Part shown: positions 1 to 12,699 of the stretch, piece by piece
How the letters are laid out: every line of letters starts with the position of its first letter
How positions within the stretch are numbered: position 1 is the first letter of the stretch
DNA from: Dendrobates tinctorius
Taxonomy: Eukaryota
NCBI RefSeq assembly: GCF_039654945.1
Contig: NW_027361863.1
Coordinates: 12,400,001 to 12,464,000 of the forward strand
Length of the DNA stretch: 64,000 nucleotides
Direction: 5' to 3'
Program-made: the position numbers and the translations under genes
The notes under the pieces: generated by a model
What the model was told of the DNA's origin: nothing
The model's input: the letters and a program-made list of their open reading frames with translations, nothing else
Databases searched by the model: none

Positions 1-166
1 CTGTGCTGATGTCCGGGGGTCTGTGCAAGCATCGTCCGATGGGACTACAAGTCCCATCTGGCGATGCCTGCTACCATGACAGTGATTGACACATTAGCCA
101 ATGATGGGACAGTAGTAGTCCCATCATCCGGCTAATGTGTTAAATGTTAAAAAAAAAAAAAAAAAA

Positions 167-885
167 CACTACATACATACTACATGCATGCTACATACAT
201 ACTACATGCTACATACATACTACATATATACTACATACATGCTACATACATGCTGCATGCTACATACATACTACATGCATGCTACATGCATGCTACATAC
301 ATACTACATGCATGCTACATACATACTACATGCTACATACATACTACATGCTACATACATACCACATACATACTACATACATACTACATACTACATATAT
401 ACTACATGCATGCTACATACATACTACATGCTACATACATACCACATACATACTACATACATGCTACATGCTACATACATACTACATATATACTACATAC
501 TACATACATACATGCATGCTACATACATACTACATACATACTACATGCATGCTACATACATACTACATGCATGCTACATACATACTACATGCTACATACA
601 TACCACATTCATACTACATACATACATACTACATGCTACATACATACTACATATATACTACATGCATGCTACATACATACTACATACATGCTACATACAT
701 ACTACATATATACTACATGCATGCTACATGCATACTACATATATACTACATGCATGCTACATACATACTGCATGCTACATGCATGCTACATACATACTAC
801 ATACATACTACATGCTACATACATACCACATATATACTACATACATACAATACATTCATACAATACATACATAGACATACAGTAC
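167..885 (+). repeat. Complex (TACA/CATG/CATA)n microsatellite, left arm of the foldback
   Basis: Degenerate TACATAC/TACATGC repeats; source of the YYMHAT-type ORFs. Confidence 0.95.
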
Positions 886-1489
886 ATATAACATAGAGTA
901 ACATACTTACCAATACTTGTCACATTGTTCCCCGAAGCCATTGTCTTTTCCGGAATAAATATTAACATAACAAACCACAAAAATACTCACCCACGATCCG
1001 AAGCAGTCCACGAGTGTGTCCCACGACGATCTTGGGTAGAGAACTGCAGCATCAGATGATGCTGCCGTTCTCTACGGGCTGCAGGAATCCAATGACGGAA
1101 GGTAGGTATCCTTCCGCACTGTATTCCTCCGCCACTTAAAAAAAAAAAAAGTCCCTAGTCTCACTTTATGCCATTAGTGTGTGGGAATTCCCACACAGCA
1201 ATGGCATAAAGTGAGACTAGGGACTTTTTTTTTTTAAGTGGCGGAGGAATACAGTGCGGAAGGATACCTACCTTCCGTCACTGGATTCCTGCAGCCCGTA
1301 GAGAACGGCAGCATCATCTGATGCTGCAGTTCTCTACCCAAGATCATCGTGGGACACACTCGTGGACTGCTTCGGATCATGGGTGAGTATTTTTGTGGTT
1401 TGTTATGTTAATATTTATTCCGGAAAAGACAATGGCTTCGGGGAACAATGTGACAAGTATTGGTAAGTATGTTACTCTATGTTATATGT

Positions 1490-2733
1490 ACTGTATGTCT
1501 ATGTATGTATTGTATGAATGTATTGTATGTATGTAGTATATATGTGGTATGTATGTAGCATGTAGTATGTATGTAGTATGTATGTAGCATGCATGTAGCA
1601 TGCAGTATGTATGTAGCATGCATGTAGTATATATGTAGTATGTATGTAGCATGCATGTAGTATATATGTATGAATGTATATAGCATGTAGTATGTATGTA
1701 GTATGTATGTGGTATGTATGTAGCATGTAGTATGTATGTGGTATGTATGTAGCATGCATGTAGTATGTATGTAGTATGTATGTAGCATGTAGTATGTATG
1801 TAGCATGCATGTAGTATATATGTAGTATATATGTAGCATGTAGCATGTATGTAGTATGTATGTGGTATGTATGTAGCATGTAGTATGTATGTAGCATGCA
1901 TGTAGTATATATGTAGTATGTATGTAGTATGTATGTAGCATGCATGTAGTATATATGTAGTATGTATGTAGTATGTATGTAGCATGCATGTAGTATATAT
2001 GTAGTATGTATGTAGCATGTAGTATGTATGTAGCATGCATGTAGTATATATGTAGTATGTATGTAGCATGTAGTATGTATGTAGCATGCATGTAGTATAT
2101 ATGTAGTATGTAGCATGTAGTATGTATGTAGCATGCATGTAGTATATATGTAGTATGTATGTAGCATGTAGTATGTATGTAGCATGCATGTAGTATATAT
2201 GTAGTATGTAGCATGTAGTATGTATGTAGCATGCATGTAGTATATATGTAGTATGTAGCATGTAGTATGTATGTAGCATGCATGTAGCATGTATGTGGTA
2301 TGTATGTAGCATGTACTATGTATGTAGCATGCATGTAGTATGTATGTGGTATGTATGTAGCATGTACTATGTATGTAGCATGCATGTAGTATGTATGTGG
2401 TATGTATGTAGCATGTACTATGTATGTAGCATGCATGTAGTATGTATGTGTTATGTATGTAGCATGTAGCATGCATGTAGTATGTATGTAGTATGTATGT
2501 AGTATATATGTGGTATGTATGTAGCATGTAGTATGTATGTAGCATGCAGTATGTATGTAGCATGCATGTAGTATATATGTAGTATGTATGTAGCATGCAT
2601 GTAGTATGTATGTAGTATATATGTAGTATGTATGTTGCATGTAGTATTTATGTAGTATGAATGTAGCATGTATGTAGTATGTAGTATGAATGTAGCATGT
2701 ATGTAGTATGCATGTTGTATGTATGTAGCATGT
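1490..2733 (-). repeat. Same complex microsatellite in reverse complement, right arm of the foldback (longer array)
   Basis: TGTAGTATGTA/TGTAGCATG repeats mirroring 167-885. Confidence 0.95.
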
Positions 2734-2875
2734 AATTTTTTTTTTTTTTTTTTTTTTTACATTCAACACATTAGCCGGATGATGGGACTACTACTGTCCC
2801 ATCATTGGCTAATGTGTCAATCACTGTCATGGTAGCAGGCATCGCCCGATGGGACTTGTAGTCCCATCGGACGAT

Positions 2876-3110
2876 GCCTGCACAGACCCCCGAAGCCTGC
2901 ACAGACCACCGGCAGGCCGGCACAGCCCCCCAGCAGGCCGGCACAGCCCCCCGGCAGGCCGGCACAGCCCCCCGGAGCCTGCACAACCCCCCGGCAGGCC
3001 GGCACAGCCCCCCGGCAGGCCGGCACAGACCACCGGAGCCTGCACAGACCCCCTGGCAGGCCGGCACAGCCCCCCGAAAGGCCCGTACAGACCCCAGAGA
3101 GGCTGTACAA
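2876..3110 (+). repeat. GC-rich ~21-bp subterminal tandem repeat (GGCAGGCCGGCACAGCCCCCC)
   Basis: About 10 degenerate copies inside the right end of the foldback element. Confidence 0.85.
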
Positions 3111-3268
3111 GGGCAGGAAAGGGTTTTTCTTATTCCGATACCGGAAGTCCCATAGACTTGAATGGGACTTCCGGTATCGGAATCGGCGATACCGATACTT
3201 TTTTTAAAGATCGGCCGATACCATCCGATACGATACTTTGAAGTATCGGACGGTATCGCTCAACTCTA

Positions 3269-6200
3269 ATTCTTGTATATAGGGGCAGTATAATGGTAGT
3301 TATATTCTTGTACAAAGGGTCAGTATTATAGTAGTTATATTCTTGTATATAGGGGGTAGTATTATAGTAGTTAAATTCTTGTATATAGGGCGCAGTATTA
3401 TAGTAGTTATATTCTTGTACATAGGAGCAGTATTATAGTAGTTATATTCTTGTATATAGGGGCAGTATTATGGTAGTTATATTCTTGTACAAAGGGCCAG
3501 TATTTTAGTAGTTATATTCTTGTATATAGGGGGGCAGTATTATAGTAGTTATATTCTTGTATATAGGGGCAGTATTATGGTAGTTATATTCTTGTACAAA
3601 GGGTCAGTATTATTGTAGTTATATTCTTGTATATAGGGGGGTAGTATTATAGTAGTTAAATTCTTGTATATAGGGCGCAGTATTATAGTAGTTATATTCT
3701 TGTACATAGGAGCAGTATTATAGTAGTTATATTCTTGTATAGAGGGGCAGTATTATGGTAGTTATATTCTTGTACAAAGGGCCAGTATTATAGTAGTTAT
3801 ATTCTTGTATATAGGGGGGCAGTATTATAGTAGTTATATTCTTGTATATAGGGGCAGTATTATGGTAGATATATTCTTGTACAAAGGGTCAGTATTATAG
3901 TAGTTATATTCTTGTACATAGGAGCAGTATTAAAGTGGTTATATTCTTGTATATAGGGGGTAGTATTATAGTAGTTATATTCTTGTATATAGGGGGCAGT
4001 ATTATAGTACTTATATTCTTGTACATAGGGGCAGTATTATAGTAGTTATATTCTTGCATATGGGGCAGTATTGTAGTAGTTATATTATTGTATATAGGGC
4101 GCAGTATTATAGTAGTTATATTCTTGTACATAGGGGGCAGTATTATAGTAGTTATATTATTGTATATAGGGGGCAGTATTATAGTAGTTATATTCTTGTA
4201 TATAGGGGCAGTATTATAGTAGTTATATTCTTGTACATAGGGGGCAGTATTATAGTAGTTATATTCTTGTACATAGAAGCAGTATTATAGTAGTTATATT
4301 CTTGTACATAGGAGCAGTATTATAGTAGTTATATTCTTGTACATAGGGGCAGTATTATAGTAGTTATATTATTCTATATAGAGGCAGTATTATGGTAGTT
4401 ATATTCTTGTACAAAGGGCCAGTATTATAGTAGTTATATTCTTGTATATAGGGGGGCAGTATTATAGTAGTTATATTCTTGTATATAGGGGCAGTATTAT
4501 GGTAGTTATATTCTTGTACAAAGGGTCAGTATTATAGTAGTTATATTCTTGTATATAGGGGGGCAGTATTATAGTAGTTAAATTCTTGTATATAGGGCGC
4601 AGTATTATAGTAGTTATATTCTTGTACATAGGAGCAGTATTATAGTAGTTATATTCTTGTATATAGGGGCAGTATTATGGTAGTTATATTCTTGTACAAA
4701 GGGCCAGTATTATAGTAGTTATATTCTTGTATATAGGGGGGCAGTATTATAGTAGTTATATTCTTGTATATAGGGGCAGTATTATGGTAGTTATATTATT
4801 GTACAAAGGGTCAGTATTATATTAGTTATATTCTTGTATATAGGGGGGCAGTATTATAGTAGCTAAATTCTTGTATATAGGGCGCAGTATTATAGTAGTT
4901 ATATTCTTGTACATAGGAGCAGTATTATAGTTGTTATATTCTTGTACATAGGGGGCAGTATTATAGTAGTTATATTCTTGTATATAGGGGCAGTATTATA
5001 GTAGTTATATTCTTGTATATAGGGGCAGTATTATGGTAGTTATATTCTTGTACAAAGGGTCAGTATTATAGTAGTTATATTCTTGCATATAGGGGGCAGT
5101 ATTATAGTAGTTAAATTTTTGTATATAGGGCGCAGTATTATAGTAGTTATATTCTTGTACATAGGAGCAGTATTATAGTTGTTATATTCTTGTACATAGG
5201 GGGCAGTATTATAGTAGTTATATTCTTGTACGTATATAGGGAGCAGTATTATAGCAGTTATATTCTTGTACATAGGAGCAGTACTATAGTATAAGAATCA
5301 TAGAATTGTAGAGTTGGAAGGGACCTCCTGGGCCATCTCGTCAAACCCCCTGCTCAAAGCAGGATTCGCTAAATCATCCCAGTCAGATGTCTGTCCAGCC
5401 TCTGTTTGAAGACTTCCATTGAGGGAGAACTCACCACTTCTCGTGGCAGCTTGTTCCACTCATTGATCACTCTAACTGTCAAAAAGTTTTTTCTAATATC
5501 TAATCTGTCTCCTCCCATTCAGTTTCATCCCATTGCTTCTAGTCTTTCCTTGTGCAAATGAGAATAAAGTTGATCCTTCTACAATGTGACAATGTGACAG
5601 ATATTTGTAGACAGCTATTAAGTCTCCTCTCAGTCTTCTCTTTTGCAAACTAAACATTCCCAAATCCTGCAACCTTTCCTCCTAAGACAGGGTTTGCAGA
5701 CCAGTCACCATTCTGGTCGCTCTTTTCTGAACTTGCTCCAGTTTGTTGATGTCTTTTTTAAAATGTGGTGCCCAAAACTGGACACAATATTCCAGATGAG
5801 GTCTGACCAAAGAGGAGTAGAGGGAAATAATGACTTCACGTGATCTAGACTGTATGCTTCTGTTAATACATCCTAGAATTGCATTTGCCTTTTTTGCTGC
5901 TGCATCACACTGTTGACTCATATTCAGTCTGTGATCTATTAGTATACCCAAGTCTTTTTCACATGTGCTGTTGCTTAGCCCTATTCCTCCCATTCTGTAT
6001 ATGCTTTTTTCATTTTTATTGCCCAGATGTAGTACTTTGCATTTTTCCCTGTTAAAAACCATTCTGTTAGTTATATTCTTGTATATAGGAGCAGTATTAT
6101 AGTAGTTATATTCTTGTGCATAGGGGGCAGTATTATAGTAGTTATATTCTTGTACATAGGGCAGTATTATAGTAGCTAAATTCTTGTACATAGGGGCAGT

Positions 6201-6550
6201 ATTATAGTAGTTATATTCTTGTACATAGGGGCAGTAATATAGTAGTTATATGCTTGTACATAGCAGACAGTATTATAGTAGTTATATTCTTGTACATAGG
6301 AGCAGTATTATAGTAGTTATATTCATGTACTTAGGGGGCAGTATTATAGTAGTTATATTCTTGTACATAGGGGCAGTATTATAGTAGTTATATTCTTGTA
6401 CATTGGGGGCAGTATTATAGTAGTTATATTCTTGTACATAGGAGCAGTATTATAGTAGTTATATTCATGTACTTAGGGGGCAGTATTATAGTAGTTATAT
6501 TCTTGTACATAGGGGCAGTATTATAGTAGTTATATTCTTGTACATAGGGG
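3269..6550 (+). repeat. 35-36 bp minisatellite (TATTCTTGTAYATAGGGGCAGTATTATAGTAGTTA)n, interrupted by a CR1 at 5294-6068
   Basis: Tandem units at 3269-5290 and 6069-6550. Confidence 0.97.
5294..6068 (-). mobile_element. CR1 LINE 3' fragment (5'-truncated; RT C-terminus plus 3' tail)
   Basis: Minus-strand translation FNREKCKVLHLG...[33 protein letters not shown]...[15 protein letters not shown] is typical CR1 ORF2; ATTCTATG-type 3' repeat at 5294-5310. Confidence 0.95.
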
Positions 6551-6870
6551 TAAATATAGGGTATGCAACCTGCCTTCCCTATATTTAGCATTGCGTATGC
6601 AGGCTTTTGCCGGCGCATGCACCCTTTTGGCGTTGGGCCGGCGTGCGCCAAACGACTGTGTTAAATTTTTGTGTGCTCGGCGCAGCGCCAAAAGGGTGCA
6701 TGCGCCGGAAAAGCCTGCGTACCCAATGCTAAATATAGGGTACGCAAGTTGCATGCAGCGTCATGCGCCTATAGGAGGAGCTGATCGGAGGAGGCTGACA
6801 GGGGGCGGAGCTTAGCAGCGAGCATCCGCAGTCCAACGCTGCGCCTCCAAACGCTAGTGTGAAAGTAGCC
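6551..6870. mobile_element. Truncated PIF/Harbinger-like MITE (only one end preserved)
   Basis: Ends GTGTGAAAGTAGCC followed by TAA; internal inverted repeat of about 6577-6632 against 6686-6740. Confidence 0.6.
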
Positions 6871-9800
6871 TAACAAGACAAAATAATATAAAACTTCAGA
6901 AAATGGCAGTAATCAATCGTCAAAACGTATTTCCATGCATTCCACACCCGAGGCAGCGTTTATGTATGTGCAGTTGATTCTTTATCCTTTAAACCAGGAA
7001 TTCCCTAAAAAAAAATTTTGAAAAAAATTAAAATGTGGTTAGTGGCTGAAATTGGTAAATTATCAAATAAAGCTGAGGCCGACTGCCACCCACAAGGACC
7101 AGACTCGGGGAGTGAAAAGGATATATGTTAATATCTATTGTGTCACTATGCTGATATATAGGTTTTTATGGTTAATTTATAATGTCAAGTTAATTTTAAC
7201 CAAGGGTGGACGATGGTATGGTCCATGGTAGGGTATTGCATAATATTACCGTAACTACATTATTAAAAAGCCTCTAGGACTTGGCTATACGTCAGGCCAG
7301 GGACGGAGACTAGATCGCACTTGGTGGAAATGTCTTTCGTATTGATTGTGAACATTTATGAACATGGTCTTGGATTAATAGGCACCTGAGGACTATCGGC
7401 AGGCTCCATGCGTCCAACATTTATGAATGTGTAAGATTTATATTCGCATATTTTAAAGAGAAAAAAAATGGCATATTTGACATAAATCTGTCCTGATCGT
7501 TCATAGTGGAATGATCTATTTCTATATGGACCATATGTGGCATGATCCAAATATGATACATGATACATGTTTGTTGAGTGAACTGATGAAGACTTATGAT
7601 AGGACTTTTCTTCCGAATATACTTGTAGTGGGACATTAGATACAACCTAGTTCTGTTGGAGGTCTTGGGAAGCTAGGGAATCTTATAGGCATGGCAATGC
7701 TTCCTGGGAACAAAGGTATTCAAACTAGCTCTTCAGCAGAAGGACACAAGCGATATCTCTAGTGCCATCATTTACAAACAGCTGTTCCTATATTCTTGCC
7801 TCTCATCAGTGCAGAACAAGACACTGTTTGGCTGGTATTGTTTTCTTCTTTTGGAGACCAACATCATGCATAGGGCAATAGGGGAAACTCACCTCCAGAA
7901 TGTAGGAAACTGTCTCTTGAATACTGGCTATAGCTAGCTTTCAAGTCAACTTTCCACCATTGCAATATAACTAAGGAAATGCCCAAGCAGACTCTACTCC
8001 ATATGGGTGGTTTATCATTTCGGATGAGACTTTGGTTTGGCTTCTTACCACACTCTTAACGGAAAAAAAGTGAACTGGAGTATAAGTTGGTATGCATGCA
8101 AAATAGGAGCATGTTCACACTGTCTATTAAACAGACAAAACACCAAGACAGGACACCAGCGTCAAGGTGTACCACAATTGGGATGGTCCTAACCTTTAGT
8201 ATGGTACACCTTGACGTAGGTGGAATGGCTTTAACACTTTTTTAAAAAATCAAAAGCAGTGTTTACTAAGTACCCTACGTTATTTCTAGCTACTATTGCT
8301 TTTACTTATTTACTTACAGCCGGGTATACAGTATATTCATTTTATTCTTATTTTGAGTTTAATCACCATACTCTTGTTGAAAGTTTGATTGAAGCGTCAG
8401 ACATTGACTTATAGGGTAGCTATGTCCAATCATTGGTACTAGAAATACAATTCTTCTTCCTTCTGGAGGAGAGCATGCCAAGGGTTCTTGGGTGGTGATG
8501 TAGGAGTGACCCTTGGTGTGAGAGCAGTTTCCTTACTCAGGCTGGGTGGGTTGTACATCTGGCTGTGGGACCTGCAAACAGTTGATTGGTGGAGATTCTG
8601 ACGGTTGGACTCCCCGATCTGATCTTGATGAGTCATTAAGGGTAAATCTACTCATGTACTGTAATTTGCAATGGCAGACTTTCCTTTTTAGCTAAGCTTT
8701 TCTTATTTTTTTTGCCATACATACTTTTAGCATGTACTGTAGCTGTAAGTTGTGAGCGAACGGTAAAATGTCGCTTGGCTCTCACAGAAGAAATGAACTT
8801 TCTGGAGCCGCTTTCTTGACACAATAAGAATTTAAGTAGGAGAAGTGACATTATACCGTCTGAAAAACATTAATCACTGAAGAGCATCGCTCGCATTTCT
8901 CCCACTTATCAGCCTTTTAACAGATGGAGAAAGGCTTCAGCTCAAAATGAAACAATTTAGCGACTCGTCTCAGGATGGCATTTGATGATAAATCCCATCA
9001 TGTCGGTCATTTACAACCGGCTGCAATTTTTTAATCTTGTTTTTTTCCAAAAGTCACCCCACTAGTTCACTTCTGTGATCTTGTAAAGGAGAGGAAGATG
9101 ATCCGAACCTCTGAGGACGATGTTATTGCTGTGATGTGTAATTATAGTAATACCTTCTCTCTATGCTGATGTTTGATGCAACTATTTGCAGTGTTATTTG
9201 TGCACCTTGGATTAAATGGTGATCAGAAAAAGTAAAGGTGGCATTGCTGGCACAGAGAACAGAGGGGCTAGCAATTTAACAATTAGCCATACCCTTAACT
9301 TTGGAGAAGTTTAAGAAGCAAAAAGGGAGTTCTAGTAATTGTTAAAAAAAAAAAAAAAAAGCAGTAAGCTATAATGCCATAAAAATGCATGAAATTTTTA
9401 TTAAGTATTAATTTAAAATTTATACAACAAATTGATAAAAAAAAATGGGGATGATAAAAATGCAAAAAACAGTCACTGAAGGTACAGGAATCTGAATAAG
9501 CATGTATAAAAGGTGAACAGTGCATATAATCCCACAAGAAGAACAGTATAATATAATATATTTTTGTAAGTAGTTAAATGATCCAAAAGTAAAGTGCTAA
9601 GTGCATATAGAGCCGAAAAACGGCTTTCTAATGACCACAATATCAAATACTTAGAAAAAGGGGATATAAAACGAATAAAGTACATAACAGTGGCAAGATG
9701 AAATCGCCCATATGTAATCCATATTCAGGTTGACCAGTTAAATTGCCTAATAATCAAGTTGCCCTAGGTATGAGTAAAGTGCAATAATGAAAGATATGCA

Positions 9801-10399
9801 AAATTAAAGCATGAGGAACAAATGAAGATAAATAGTAAAGGCAGCTGGATATATGGTACCGTACCTCTAATGAACCGTGGCACCCCGACGCGCGTTTCAC
9901 GTTCTGCTTCTTCCAACGGAAGAATCATGAATCTAGCTATACAATAACTTTTGAAATTTCTAGCAATTGTAGTAGAGACAGAGAGAGTCAGTGAGGTGAG
10001 TGACGCTCATGTGTGTGAAGTGGACGGAGAATCAGGTAGCAAACCTGCAAAGGATAGTTTTGGCAGTTTGGGTCTGGATACAGCAGGCAAGTTCTTAATA
10101 GAGCAAAATCAGAGAGCTGGGGCACCAGCCAACGATTTGCCACACATATATAACTGCTTCTCTTTATTAGTGCTTTTGCAAGCAAGTAAGGAAGATTGTG
10201 GCGCTAGCTCACAAGTATAATGGGACAGTCATTTGAAGAAACAGAAAGAACAGCACTCACCACTACTTTTAAAATGGAAAGTCCTTTATTTTTCAATGCA
10301 TTGGGACATCCATGGAGTGCACAAGAGAATGCAGGGTGCACGAGAGATTGTGGACTACGGCCGTTTCCCACCTGTCTGGCATTTCTACGGGTCCAAATG

Positions 10400-11044
10400 T
10401 GTAAGGAAGGGGGGGCCTCAAACTGTCCCTGGAACTAGGACCCTAACTAACCCTGTCACAGGAGTACTCTTGAAAGTAGAGAGGCCTGAGTCGCTGACAT
10501 TACCATGCGCTTGTTAAACCCTAATCTGTCCCCTCCCCAACCCCATGAGGGCATGGGACAGAAATGTAAGGTAAAGAAGACTCAACAGACAGAAACAAAA
10601 CAGGGATAACAGAAAACCTCAATCATACAAAAGCATTAACCAACAATAGGGAGGAGGATAGGGAGGGGGAGGAATAAACTAAATTGGAACAGGGACTAGG
10701 AGATAAATTAAACACACACATACTATGACAAACCACAGATCACTACTACAACAACTGTACTCCAATCACTTAGATTTAGCACACAAATCTTTCACCGGCA
10801 GGGACAAGAATTTCAGACCAGTTTTTGTAGGAAGAGGTAATGACCAGATCAGAAGCAGCTGAAATGGAGCTGCATGTTTCTTAACAACATACAAAGAGTT
10901 GTTAACCTCTCCAGCACCAGAGGAAACTAAATCCATTTAATATGAGACACAAATCACACCATCTCTAAAGAAAACCTGCGATTCATTACCCGACGTGACC
11001 GTCTAACTTCAGGTCTTCCAGGGGGATGTGATACCCTTGTGACA
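10400..11044. mobile_element. Probable solo LTR
   Basis: TGTAAGG...GTGACA termini and LTR-like length; composition resembles the reverse complement of 27390-28063; TSD unclear. Confidence 0.5.
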
Positions 11045-12558
11045 CAATCCCAGAAAAAAAAGAAAAATATGCAACTGTCGGAAGCAAAAAACAAAATGCA
11101 TCAATGTCAATGTGATATTTGAGGGCAGATTATTGTAAAGTGAATGTTCTCTACAGCCAAGTTTGAATGCTGCTTTTCTTTTGTAATCTAAAATTATGTG
11201 ATTCCTTTCTAAATGTATAAATAATATTATATATTTATTCTTGTACAGGGCTCCAAATTCCCCTAATAGCTACATAAAATCTCTAAGATTCTGTCTACCT
11301 GCAGCCACCACTAGATGGGGCTTCAGAGCTTACTACATACTGTTTGTACATTGTACTCAGTAATAGTATACAGTATGTTTCTGAGCTCTTTCTAGTGGTG
11401 GGCACGGACACAAAGAATTTGATCGTTTTATCAGACTATCTGCCATTTATATCTATTGTCTGTCATGTTGATTGTCATTACAGTTATATGGCATTTTTTT
11501 TTCTATATTTATAATGGCGGAAAATAGCAGATATCCCAGCCAAAAAAGATCACTGATATATGATTATTAGGCTCACTAATAACTTTCAGTCTTAGTTCCA
11601 GGATGGGCATGAATTTCCTGCCCCAATGCTAGAGTCTATCGTGCATATATAAGGTTGTTGAGTTTGGCTCTGGAGACCCGAAGCCGGTCAGGACATCATG
11701 GTCCACACTGAGATCATGAATGTTGGATGTGTGAAACTAGCCTCACAGTGGTATGTCAGACATGTCACTGTCCACAAGGAGAGATGATACTCCTCAGATC
11801 TCCATCAGAGACCTCTCATCCAGCTAAATCAAAACTATTGCTTTTCACTGATGATGGGCAAACATCATGAAATACGTGTCTGCAAATAGAGTGTCTGATT
11901 TGGCCTTTATCCTAAGTTATGTGGCAAGGCTCATTAACCGCTTCCCGACCACCCACTGTAGATAAACGTTGGCGCTTGCTGGGCTTTGTGCAGCGCCGAC
12001 GTTTATCTACTGTCAGTGGTTTTGTGCCCCCCGGGACCCCCACATACCTTATAACGCGGGGATCCCAGTGCACAATGCATGCTGGGACCCCCGACGTCAT
12101 CGAGACCTGATTGGTTCAGGTCCTGATGACGTCAGCGTCACAGCAGCCAATGAGAGCGCTCGCTGGGAAAGCTGCTTGTTTCCCGGCGATCTCACTCATT
12201 GTAACGCGACTTCTCCTCTGATCTCACACTGACAGATGATCAGAGGTGAAGCAGCGTTACTGTGTGACTAGATCGCTGCCTGGCACAGCTGATCGCTGCC
12301 TGGCACTGCTGTGCCAGGCAGCGATCTTGTCACACAGTAACGCTGCTTCTCCTCTGATCATCTGTCAGTGTGAGATCAGAGGAGAAGTTGCGTTACTGTG
12401 TGCCAGGCAGCGATCTTGTCACACAGTAACGCTGCTTCACCTCTGATCATCTGTCAGTGTGAGATCAGAGGAGAAGTGGCGTTACTATGAGTCAGATCGC
12501 AGGGCAGCGATCTTGTCACAAAAAGAAAAAAAAGTAAAGATAAAAAAGCAGGTACACA

Positions 12559-12690
12559 GGTTAGGGCTAGGGTTAGGGTTAGGGTTAGGGCTGGGATTAA
12601 GGTTATGGGTGTGTTGGTGTTAGGTTTGTGGTTAGGGTTATGGTTAGGGCTGAGATTAGGGTTAGGGGTGTGTTGGGGTTAGGGTTGGAA
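12559..12690 (+). repeat. Degenerate telomere-like (TTAGGG)n tract
   Basis: TTAGGG CTAGGG TTAGGG TTAGGG TTAGGG from 12561, plus further degenerate copies. Confidence 0.85.
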
Positions 12691-12699
12691 TTAGAATTG

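Larger units (their letters stand above)
1..3268. mobile_element. Large foldback (palindromic) non-autonomous DNA transposon, probably hAT-type; left end lies outside the window
   Basis: About 12-1187 is the reverse complement of about 1188-2892, centred on GTGTGGGAATTCCCACAC (axis 1187/1188). The right terminus ...CGCTCAACTCTA (TAGAGTTGAGCG on minus) resembles the TAGTGA..AGCG ends of the 8-bp-TSD MITE at 53982-54706 and abuts the 35-bp satellite. Confidence 0.75.

Noticed and set aside
137-2769. Long ORFs rich in Y/H/T/M (235-430 aa)
   Set aside because: Translations of a stop-free microsatellite, open in all three frames; no protein signal.
5682-6191. 169-aa ORF as a novel fusion protein
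   Set aside because: Chance read-through from the minisatellite into a truncated CR1 RT fragment.
12559-12690. Telomere fusion site
   Set aside because: Short, one orientation only, and embedded in a TTAA transposon.
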